DNA of 64,000 nucleotides from Paragordius varius (lineage: Eukaryota > Animalia > Nematomorpha). Position 1 is the first letter of the stretch. Each line of letters begins with the position of its first letter. The stretch is taken from assembly GCA_964247055.1 (NCBI GenBank), contig OZ176051.1:7440001-7504000 (forward strand), read 5' to 3'. This document shows positions 13,000 to 24,943 of this stretch, in pieces. The notes below the pieces were generated by a model. The model was not told where the DNA came from and did no database searches. It saw only the letters and a program-made list of their open reading frames with translations. Made by a program: the position numbers and the translations under genes.

Positions 13000-15796
13000 T
13001 CAAAAATACCGGCTTTGGACGCACAAGTCATAGAGTACACATATGAAAAAATCAAATTTTTTATAGGAGGATACATACCGTTTCATAGCAAAATTATAAA
13101 ATTAATAGTTCCCCAAGAGCATAACATATTTGAAAAATAAGAAATTCTCAATTGAGAAATATATAGGGTCTAAATAACATATCTAATAAAAAAAAGCTTG
13201 TAAATACTGATCAAATAAATTTTTTTATGAAAAAAAGGCTGGTATCCTTAATATTACAAGGTGCTGGCAGTAGGGACATAAACATGATATTTTAACTATT
13301 AAGTATTTATATATATATATATATATATATATAAGAAAATCTTACTTACATTGCACAGTGCACGAAATCAGGGGTCAAAAAAATATCTTGGACATCTAGA
13401 ATGATAGAAAAATCAGGATTATCATGGTACTTTTGTTATTTTTGTGCTAAGAGGTCTGTATCAGAAAATTGCAACCAAACATGATTTTAGGCTATTTATA
13501 TATTCAAAATATCTCTTAAAATAAATAAACCCTAATATCTCAACTTATTAATAATTTTTTGCCCTATTACGATTTTCTTTCAAGATTTCATAAACTAGGT
13601 CATAAACAAATAAAAAAAATTTTGGCAAATGAATACGCAGGTCATAAGCTTCATGAAAAAAATATTTTGTTAAGATTTTTTTGCACGTGATTCATGTCAT
13701 CAGGTTATTACTTTATCGAATTGCCGCAGTGTAGTATACACTTTGACTCTTGTATAGTAAAAAATCCAAAAGAAAAAAATTGAGGATGAAAATTTTTTAT
13801 ATTATAATTTTTTTAAAAAAATTAACATGCACCTAAAAGGCTATAAAATCATAGTTTTAAATTTAAATGGCTCTGTATAAATTTACCCAAAAGGTGATTC
13901 TGTGTTATTAAAGCTTACTGTATTGATTATCTACATTTTTAACACCTCATGACCTAGAATTTCTCGCTAAAACTTTTTCTCCTTTTTTTACTTTTAATAT
14001 TATTATGGTTAAAAATGATAATAACTTTGAAAATTTATCAAATTCATTTAACCAGTAAATTTTTGATATTATAAGTTTTAATATCAGCTTTTTATTTCAA
14101 TCGTGAATTGGAACTACCCGAATTCGGGCTGTAAAAAGTATGATTTTTTATTTAATACAGATGAAGAGGTAATTTAATTATTAAAACAACTTTCAAAAGA
14201 GTGGGTTATCAAATTTAACACTTCGATTCATATTAGAGTATCTAATGACCCCAGACTATATATAAGTTGATATTTAACTATTGAAAGAAACGGAGTTTCA
14301 TTGATATAAAGAACAAAAGTGGGTTATTTTACATTATTTTATATTTAGCTTATGCACACATGTCATAACTGAATTTTTACCTTGAGGTTTATTTATAAAA
14401 TAAGTAATATAAACCTTAAATGAATACTTATTTCGGTCCATTAAAGTTATATTAGTGCAAACTTTTGCAATGGTTTTAATTTGTTCTAATTTTAGTACAA
14501 GCTTTTGAACAAGCCTGGGGTATACCCCAATTTTAATCGGATGACTGAAATGCATGTGTTGTCTCCAAGTACTGGTGTAGAATCTCAAAATGTCATCACT
14601 GAAAATATATGAATTGTTATAATTTGACTCCTAGTGTTTAAAAATCTAAAATGGCGGTGGAATTTAATTATTTTTAAATAACAGTATTTTTAAAACTATT
14701 ATATATTGCTCCTAAAAGGCTAAATCCTATTTGAATTTGGCCAAACAAAAGTATTTTTATTAACTGAAAAAAAATCGCTTTGATGGAGAAACTACCCCAA
14801 AAGGTAAAGAAAGTTGAATTTAAACGGATCTCGATTAGTTTTTTAATTATCACAAGAATATTATTTTTTGGATATTGCTCGAATCATTGCATATTATAAT
14901 TTTAAATCGATACCATAAATATTGTATTATATAAATCTAAATAGCTTAAAGGTTTACACTATCCCAAAAAGTAGAGAGGCATATAAAGCAAAGAATAATA
15001 CTTTTAAAAATAATTTTATTACTAATGGGATGTGGCATACAATTCATTCATCTTAGCTTCTTTTGCGTATTTGGCGGAAAAAATATGTGGAATTAACTAA
15101 GACGTATTTTTTAGTTGATATAATATAAACACTAATTTCTAAAAGCTTTGTTTAACTTGACAGGGTTTTCCCTCCATTTTCGGAGTGTCAGAGCTAGGAA
15201 ACGCGGTCGAACTGCTTATGTATAAAAATGTAAAAAATATTTGAAAAATTTTATTAAACCACTAAATTATAAATTTTATTAGAAAGGATTCAAGCCGGCC
15301 GTCAATATTTCTTTTTCAAAGCCAAAATGTAAAAAACAATAATACAACAGATGACAGTATGTGGACGCATATGGTTAAGCAATTATTTAAAATATTTACA
15401 AATATTCGCATTTTATTTATACACGAATTTCTTTTTGATAATGAGTTAAATAACTATTTTTTATCTTAAATTCATTACCAATTAATTATATAAAAGGTCA
15501 ACTGTTTTATATAATAGAGCTTTTACCGACTATAATAAATGACAAAATTTATTTAAATTAATATAATTTACCAAAAAGAATATTAGGAAACATTATTATT
15601 AAATATAATATAAATATAAATCTTAATTTTTATGTAAATTATTTTATAAATTGGACTAAACATTGGCCTACAATATTTGATCGAGAATGTTGTAAACAAT
15701 TCGATATTAGTAAATAAACACAAATATATATAGTATTTTTGAAAGTGTATAATGATATAAATCTTTAATTTTACAAAAAAAAGAAAAGTTTTAATT

Positions 15797-18700
15797 TTAA
15801 GGGTGCAGGGGTCTAACATCACCTCCTCCTTGACGATTAATATTGTTATAAGTTGCAGGTGGGATAGGAGGGATACCAGCTGTTTGGGGCAAATTTCCTC
15901 CCGCCGCTTGGTTAATTGGACTATCATCATCCATGTGTCTAACATATCGCGGTTCGTTCGGACCTCCGCTTGCACCTGTTAAATGGGAGTTTTCACCATC
16001 TTCATCGCTATTTTCCATCAACAAATGGCTCATATTGAGTTGAGGTATTTCATAAGCAATCGACAGCAATAGGGCCATAAACAGCAGTCCAACCAGGAGA
16101 TATACTGTGAAACGATATAACGATTATTTTGCATTTAAATATCAGAATCGAAATAATTATAAAACGTTCATAATCTGCCTATTATTAGTTTGTGATTTTT
16201 TTTCAGTTGAGCTTGAAAATTTTTAAATAATTTCATTTATGTTAGGTGCATTTTACCAAAATTTCATAGAGATAAATGGTTTACAATAACATTATTACAA
16301 TAATAATATCCATATTATATCGTTTTAAGGGTGTCAAAAAATAAAGGAATCAATTATGCCAGTACAATTTTATTTAAGGTGTTAATTATTGGAATTCCCT
16401 ATTATCCTTATATATAACATAATTTCGTAACATAGTTATAAATTACTTGTTACACCAACTTTGTAAAGACCACGCATTTTTTGGTAAGGAGCTTCGGTCG
16501 GAACGTAATCTCCATAACCGATTGTTGTCAAAGATATGAAGCAATAGTAAAAGGCATCTATTAAAAGATTTCAACATCATGAATTAATAACATAGTTAGT
16601 AATTAAAATGTGATAAACTTCTTTAAAAAAATACCCAAAAAACTCCAATGAGGTTCGATTGCAGCAAATATTAGAGACGGTATTATGAAGAAACAGAGCA
16701 ATACGAACAAAAAGATCAAGAAGAGATGGATTAAACGTATCCTCAAAGGCTTATAATGTTGTCCCAATCGATTGTTAAGACCCTAAAATTAATAAAATAG
16801 ATCTGATTAATATTTTCTGTAATTTTAAAATTTGTTTTATAATCTGCCTTTAAAAGCCTGTTTGTCACATGGCCCAATCGTTCAAGCAATGCCGTCAATA
16901 GAATTAGAGTATATGGTATTCCAATCAAAACATACAGGATGCAAAATACTTTACCCCAATTAGATAATCTGGCCATCCTACCATAACCTAGAATATATAT
17001 TAGTAAATAATTTTGATGAATGGGGTTATAAAATTATAAATTTTGGATCATTGTAATTATAGTTATTTTTATGACATTGTCTATGGAGGTAAACCCAATC
17101 TCTTTGGGCCATAATCTAATTGAATTTTTAATCTTTCTACCCAAAAAAGCAAAAAAAATGAAAATGAAGTTTATGATTAAAAAGGGTCGTCTTTCATATC
17201 ATATCCTCTTTATGACCAATACCAGATCTAACTAAAAGCTTTTACTGGTTTAGTGGTAAAAAGCAAAGGATTTCAAGGGAAAACAATTATTCATTTTATT
17301 TGTTGCCCATTAACTTCTACATATTTTGCCCACCTCTCATGTAATATATGAAAGCGATGCCAGAAAAATGAATTTGCGACAAACCATTAGTCAAAAAATT
17401 CAACGTCTTGAAATTACTGAGGTACTGCTCTGTAAGCTTGTGCCCCCTTCATACAATAAGGTTATAGGATGGCGCCAGGTTAGGAGAGTACAGCGGATGC
17501 GTAAGTTAAACTATTTTAAAGAGTGTATTTCACTGATTTTACTGTCTAAGATGTAGCATTCTCATGTAGAAAATTACTTAGCCATGCCTTCTGACATTCC
17601 TTTCGTTTTTCGATTAATGCATAATTAAGTTTATTGTTTGATAGCGATAGCGTTGTACAATAACAAATTACGGGGCTTCAAAAGATCTTTATTCAAATAC
17701 CGTCATCCCATCAGACACAGAGCAGGGTCTTTTGTCATAGCTAAGGTGACCAGACGTCCCGCTTTTGGCGGGACAGTCCCGCTTTTTCACACTTTGTCCC
17801 GCTTCCTGCTACGTTTTTAAATGTCCCGCTTTTTCACGATTATATAAAAAAAAATTTTTTTTAATACAAATAAATTTTTTTTGTCCGTTTAAATTTTTTA
17901 TCATTAAATATCTTTAAAATCTATTCAATTTTAAATTAAATTTTATTTTAAATTAAAAATATTTATTTTTTCGAATTTATATCATGTGATTATACACTAT
18001 ACTTCCTACTACTACTGTCATTATTATCAAAAAGCCAAGTTGATATCACAAATCTCTAGATTAAAAGACAAATTGATACCACAAATCGGTACCTTACACG
18101 TTAATTTCACAAAATTAAGGTAATATAATATTTATAATACTAATATTTTAGTTTTATTACTTGCCAACATTATTAAAAAGCCAAATTAATACCACAAATC
18201 GGTAGCTTAAAAGACAAATTGATACCACAAATCGGTACCTTACACGTTTATCACAGAAAATTAAAATAATATAATATTTATTATACTAATAGTAGTTTAT
18301 AAATATGAGCACAAAAAGAGGTTGTAAATTCAACGATGAATTAATGAAGGATTTTCCTTTTATTAAAAAAAACGAAGAATGAATCATTTGTTAAATGTCT
18401 TATATGCGAGGGGGAATTCCTAGCACATGGCGGCAAGCATGATATTACAAAGCATATGGAAACACAGAAACATAAAAAATGTTTAGATATGGCGGCATCA
18501 TCTTACAAAATGAGCGATTTTTTTGAAAAACCGCTTTTGGAGAGGAAGAAAAGAATTTGGCACTAGCTGAGTGCGTGTTATCTTTTCACGCCGTTAATCA
18601 CAATCATTCCTTTAGATCTATGGACTGTACCTCACAAGTTATTCGCACGTTATTCCATAAAAAATTTACATGTGCCCGTACAAAGGCTGAAGCCATTGTG

Positions 18701-21700
18701 TGCAATGTCCTTTCGCCACATATATTTTCTGAAATACAAAAAGATTTGCTGAAAATTAATTCCATATCGCTATACTCTGATGCATCAAATCACCATGAAA
18801 CAAAATTATTTCCTACTTTGATGAGATATTTTGATTCAGAAACCGGAGTAAAAATTAAAATTTTAGATTTAATTTCCCTACCCGGTGAAAATTCCGAAAT
18901 AATTTACTTCAATAATGCAAAAAAATAATTTAAAATACAAAATTATCGTATATTGCGCTGACAACACCAATATGAACTTTGGTGGAAAAGCAAGGAGAGT
19001 AACAAAAAAATATTTTTCATAAATTAACAGATAATCTTAATCAAAACATTATTGGCGTTGGGTGTGCAGCGCATATAATACACAACGCTATTCAAACAGC
19101 TGCTGATTTGTTACCCCTAGATGTGGAAAATGTAGTTGTTAAAATATATTCCTATTTTTTAAGATACACAGTAGGAATCGCTTAAAGAATTCTGTGAAAA
19201 TGCAGAAGTTCAATATCAAAAAATGCTTGGATATTGTAAAACTCGTTGGTTAGCTTTTATGCCAGCTATCGAAAGAATTTTAAAAATGTATGATCCTTTA
19301 AAATCATTCCAATGTCAAGAACGGTTAGAAAATAATTTTATACTATTAACCATCCGCAATATAATAAATAATTTAGAAAAACAAGGCTTAATAAATCGCC
19401 AAGATATCCTGTACCATATAAAAATGTTTTATACAAACTGTAAAGATTATTTGGAAGACTGGACGACCCAATTCATTGAAATTGATCATTTTCATTGGAT
19501 AACATTAAAATCAGAATTTAATTGGTGCGATGTTCAAAAATCATTTGATTATATCTGCTCCCAAAATTTATCAAAAGGTAATCTTTCAGAAAATGATCTT
19601 TTTTCTGAAGTATCATTAGTTAAAAGATATATTTATAATGAAAAACTTAAATTATGGACAAAAGAAAATATACAGTAGAAAAGAAATGGTTGGAAATATT
19701 TTATCATTTTGAAGCCAACTATATTACATACAATAATATTTTAAAAATTGTGGAATTCGCACTATCTTTACCTGGAACCAACGCTGCTACTGAGCGCGTT
19801 TTTTCCACAGTAAATCAGGTGTGGACATCGGAAAAATCAAATTTAAATGTTGAAACTTTAAGGCCGTTTTATCTGTCAAATATAATTTGACAAATTCTTG
19901 TGAAGACTTCTACAATATTTTAATAAATGATGACAATCTGCTAAAACGCATTCAATCAAACAAAAAATATACCAAAGAATAAAATATTTTCTTATATTTA
20001 TAAAGTTTTTATGTTAAAAAATAAATAAAATTACTTAAAATATTATATAAGTCTTCATAATTTGTCAAATTATATTCGAACACATAAAATGGCTTTTATT
20101 CAACATTTAAATTTGATTCCGTGTCCTTACTTATTTACTGTGAAAAAACGCGTTCGATAGCAGTGGTTCAGGTAAAGATAAGGCAAATTCTTTAATTAAA
20201 ATATTATTGTATGGAACATAATTTGTTTAAAAATGATTATTTTAACCATTTCTATCCTACGTATTTTTTTCTGTTGTCCATAATAAAAGTTGTCATTCAA
20301 TATATTTATTTAATAATGAGACTTCATAAAAAATTGTCATTGTGCCCCGTCTGGTCTTCCAAATAATCTTTTTTGTTTGTATATAACATTTTTATATTCT
20401 GGCTATTCATTGAGCCTTGTTTTTCTGGATGCTTTATAATATTGCGATTAGGTAATGGTATAAAATTATTTTCTAATCTTTTTTGACTTGGAATTTTGAC
20501 CTTTGTCCTGTGATAACAAATAGGATTCTAGGAGATCACATTTTTATAAATATATCAATCGCTGGCAGAAGAGTTAACCAACAGTTCTACAATATTCAAG
20601 CATTTTAACATCTATATTTTCCACATCCAGGGGTAACAAATGAGTAGCTGTTTGAAAGTTGTGTATCTGCCAATAATGTTTTGATTAAGATTATTCGCTA
20701 AATTGTTAAAAATATTTTTGTGCCGCTTCTTGCATCACCCAGCGCACTTTGTGATGATTTTGTCTTTATTATTTTTTTCTAGAATATTAAAATAACTTCA
20801 CCCTTTGTTCGTGCACATGGAAATTTATTGAATAAGGTACAAACAACCTGTGAGGTACAAATTTTTTTATATTTATAATGTATTTAAAAATAAATAAATA
20901 TTACAATAAATTTTTTGTATAAAAATTTTTGGTTGTGCCCCCAATGACCCACTCCCTTCTCAGATTTGTCCCGCTTTTTCCTTCAAAAAATCTGGTCACC
21001 TTAGTCATAGCGAATGTTTATGGACCAGCTTACCGAATCTATTAATTAATCTTTTATAATTCTCGTAAACGTCTACTGATCGTTTTTTGTGATACATGTA
21101 AAGCCTCTACCGATTGTCGCTGAGTTTAAATTGACCACGAAATCATGTACATGCTTTAATCAATGAAGCATGTTAATCATATGTTTCAACCAGCAAACAA
21201 GTTAATGCCCTTATTTTGACGGAGGAGTAAAAGCAATGCGTTACACAAGCATTCTTTGTCAGGCACGAAATTCCTTTAGAGGCTTTTTGGCGGATTAAAC
21301 CTTTGTCTGTTTATAATTGGATGTCAGATGAATAAAATGGCATCTGAAATCGGCTGCGTAAATTTCCGTGATATTTATGACTTCATATAATATATATTGT
21401 GACGTTGTGCCATAAGGATATATGTGTTTTAAATATTCGGATTTTACAAAAGCTGATACATAAATTTTTATTTTTAAAAGCAAAATAAATTTAAATTATC
21501 ATTAATATATATTAATGTTTGTACTAGTTTATCACACCAATAATTAATTATTTAATGAATATTCAATACAGGTTTTGATTAATCCTAGATATAGATATCA
21601 AATCAAGCTATTTACAAAACAAGAACTTTATAAATTTAATATCAATCCATAGATATATAAATTATTCAAAACTTTTAAAGGTTTTCCACAGCCCCGTCTT

Positions 21701-24700
21701 AATATATTTATTTCTATTTTTCCAATTATTATTTCAAAATTCTAAAAGTCACCAAAAAACGGTCCTGGTTCTAAAGAATTTGGCGTTCTGGTTCCATCCA
21801 ATGATATTAAATATTATTTTTTAAGTTAATTTACCAATTGGTTATAATAAATTAAGTTAAAATTTAAAGGCGAATTTTTATGTATAAAAAATATAATATT
21901 CCTAATTTATTTTAATTAATTTTAAAAATGTATAATTAACATTAGGTGTAGGTTAAAGCAAAATAGGTGAGCTTTATAGTCAAAGTGTTGAGGCGAACTA
22001 AATGTTGAGATATTCTAAATATATGCGAGGCATCTACAAGGTTGCCGAGGTATGGTTATACATTAATTACTTTTAATTATATCCCTTAAAAAGGAATTTT
22101 TACCCAGTAAATATTTTCTGCGGCATTTATAAATAATGCATATTTTAATTGTAATTTAAGAAATTTAAATACTTTCCAACAAATATCCTATAAATGGAAA
22201 TTCTAAAATTTTATCCAATTATACATATGAATCAGATAAAAACTTGTTCTACTAATAAAACGTATAAATACACTAAATATTTTATCGATTAATTTAATTA
22301 TTATAATGGTATCATTTGTAGCCATCTCTATTTCCACACACACATATAGGATGAGTGATGATATGTTTTTGTCAAACAAACTTGATAATACCAATGTGAA
22401 AAATATATAATTTATTCATATAGTCAAGAATTTGCAATAGATTTAAAAGTATTAACCTATTGTGGTTAGCGTAGTGGCTGAAAAGAGGATAGCTTGTGGA
22501 AAACTCCATGAAGGTCGATTCCCATGTCCATCTAGTACGGTTTGTCTAACGCCTTGTTGACCGGCCAAATTTATTTTTTGGACGAAATCATCCAATTCAT
22601 ATTCTATTAATTTCATATAGCTTGAATAAACTTTCTTAAACATGAAAAAATGAGTTTGCAGAAGTTTGAAAAAAAAAGTGAGTCCTTAAAAAGACGGTTG
22701 TTATAAGTTACAATACAAAATCAAAAGATGTGGCACTATACTTAGTGCAGTGAGATAATGTACTCTTAAAAATATAATTAATTCCCATAGTTTTTGATCA
22801 TAAGCATATAATTCAAAATATTAACCAAATAGTATAATCTTTTTAAATTATAACCTATAATAAGATTATTATTGGGGCCATTATAATAATATATATTTTA
22901 AGGGTTTATTTTTCACAAAATGGGCATATATATATATATATATATATATTCACGGAACAGAACTCCCTCCTATCATATTAATATCGGTTTTGATTATTTA
23001 TTTAATAAATTAAAATAAAATGGCACACATCTCATAGCTCTCTAAATCAAAATATAATAAATGACGAATTGTAATTATAATTTTATTGGTTTGTTTAAAT
23101 AAAAACTTATAAGCTGACCTACCTTTCACATAATATAACCTTAAAAAATACTCTGAGTTTATATTCAGCATAGTTTATTTATAGCAAATTATACACACCT
23201 AATTATAGTCATATGAAACTGGAATCCGAACCTTTTAGAAACGTTTTGGAAGCAAATAAAATTTTTAAAAATGGTTTCGAATTTTTTTTCGAACTTTGCG
23301 GTCCCGAATGATTCTATTTTTTAATTAATTTTTTATGCAATAACTTATTTATTTTTTTATTTTATTTGAATCATTATTTTTCAGAGATAAGGAGCATATA
23401 ACCTTATATTTTGTGTTATTCACATTATATCAAAATAAGCTAAACTTTTCAAAAAAGTAAAACTGAAATAAGAATTATTCGACTAAAAAATAGAAAAACT
23501 GAAATTCTTTCACAAATATTTGACGGATCCTAAATTATTGGAACAGGAGTTTTTTAGAAAAATTGTTGGGAACTGAAATCGAGGCTCTAATCTTTGAAAT
23601 GACTATTGATAATATTATTATCTAGTTCACATTGCCACAAAATTTTCAATGAATGGTAAACTTTATATTTAAAAGCATTTGCCTAGATAATTTGAAACCT
23701 TTGAAGGATATATTGATACATCTTCGCGTAAACCTTATTTGGCATATATATGCAATAGCCACAGATTAAGATTAAATTAAATTTTAGCGGGAAAACGTCG
23801 GTTTTGCAGACATTATATTTATAAAAAAGGCTAACTTTAAAAACCAGCAGAATACAAAGATTTTTATTTAGGCAATTCACATTATATAAATTAACGAAAA
23901 ACTTTCCCTATAAATCAGCATTAAAGTAGGGACCACTACCTTTTTAGCTTTTAAAAATCGATATTTAGCAACTGCGCTTAGGGGTGTCTTCATTACTAGT
24001 TTTTGGATTTATATATTATGATATTGATTTAATATACTACTAACATCTACCAGCAAAAAGGATGAACAAGAAATAGAAATATTAATATTATTATACGCTG
24101 ATAACTAATAAATCCCAATTTTGCTTGTATAAATAATGGTAGAGAGACTACAAGTTAAAATTAGTTTATGAAAATTAAAAATATTTTATTACCTGTCTTT
24201 ACAAATTATATATATATTATTTATATATATATTATGTATATATATTGATTTGTTGTCTTAGGTGATATGAACTTGCACGTTTTAGAAAAGTAAAAAAATG
24301 ATTGATTTAATTAAAAGAAAACGCATCTTTAATATATATACACCATAAAAACCATTTTTTTTAAAAACGGGAAAAGGCACACGCGACCCCGTATACCTAC
24401 ATATGTATTTTAAAATCAATAACTTAAACTTTGAGGGAAAACCTATATAAATAAGTAGTTAATAAAATTTAGTTAGTTTAAGTAAAAAGACTCAACTTAA
24501 AGATAGAATATTTTTAAATGATCAAATAATATTCTAAACATTATTTTACAAATAAAAATGATAGTGTAAAAGATATTCAATTTATATATTTTTTATAAAA
24601 TTCTATAAATTTTGATGTTTTTACCAAAATATAATTAGATTGATATCAAAATATATGTCATATTATATTACCTGTCAAACATTTGCTATGATCAAACAAA

Positions 24701-24855
24701 AATTGCTGATACGTTCCACGTAATATATCCTGGGCCTTTTCTTCCCTTGGTCGTTCTAGTCTTAAGAATATCGCCGCTCCCAAGAGTAGATAACAGAAAT
24801 AAAATATGATTGCAATAATCAACCGTACAGTACTTTTATTAAGACGTGTTGCCAT
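15797..24855 (-). CDS. Two-pore-domain K+ channel, TWIK/KCNK1-like, ~345 aa. Exons 24855-24672, 22603-22457, 16987-16848, 16782-16635, 16557-16447, 16104-15797
   Basis: Four TM segments and two pore loops ([21 protein letters not shown]; [20 protein letters not shown]), plus [13 protein letters not shown] and YKVGVTIYLLVGL. Phases are consistent if intron 3 is GC-AG. Confidence 0.9.
18305..19982 (+). pseudogene. hAT transposase with several frameshifts
   Basis: BED-like CxxC...H...H N-terminus, [29 protein letters not shown] and the C-terminal dimerisation motif [16 protein letters not shown], spread over shifting frames. Confidence 0.9.
20035..20859 (-). repeat. Inverted, internally deleted, diverged copy of hAT transposase sequence 18626-19923
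   Basis: The reverse complement aligns colinearly with the sense transposase. Shared blocks include TGTACCTCACA, TAATCTTAATCAAAACATTATTGGC, TTTGTTACCCCT.GATGTGGAAAAT, AAAGATTATTTGGAAGAC, CATACAATAATATTTTAA and AATATAATTTGACAAATT. Confidence 0.9.
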
Positions 24856-24943
24856 AATTGGAATATTTAACTAATTAATATCGCTAGCGCACACGAAAAA
24901 AAAACAACGTAAAAATTAAAAATAAAACGTTAAAAAAGTGCAC

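Larger units (their letters stand above)
17742..21003 (+). mobile_element. hAT DNA transposon (Tip100/Zaphod-like), 3262 bp, in intron 2 of the K2P gene
   Basis: Perfect 13-bp TIRs TAAGGTGACCAGA / TCTGGTCACCTTA, 8-bp TSD GTCATAGC on both sides, subterminal GTCCCGCTTTT repeats and an internal transposase. Confidence 0.95.
17291..21420 (-). pseudogene. Degenerate mariner transposase relic, split by the hAT insertion (pieces 17291-17733 and ~21012-21420)
   Basis: Minus-strand fragments with stops and frameshifts: [43 protein letters not shown] and [14 protein letters not shown]. These correspond to the mariner motifs VSQSTISRRL, MLCVWWD, LHDNA, HPPYSPDLAPSD and LPERWQKVVESDG. The outer boundary is approximate. 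Confidence 0.75.

Noticed and set aside
13354-13390. CACAGTG heptamer plus A-rich tract resembling a Transib/RSS-like terminus
   Set aside because: No matching opposite end, TSD or transposase was found in the window.
14100-14280. Coding-like stretch (YPNSGCKKYDFLFNTDEE...) tested as a micro-intron gene
   Set aside because: No combination of short introns gave a continuous frame; probably a decayed element.
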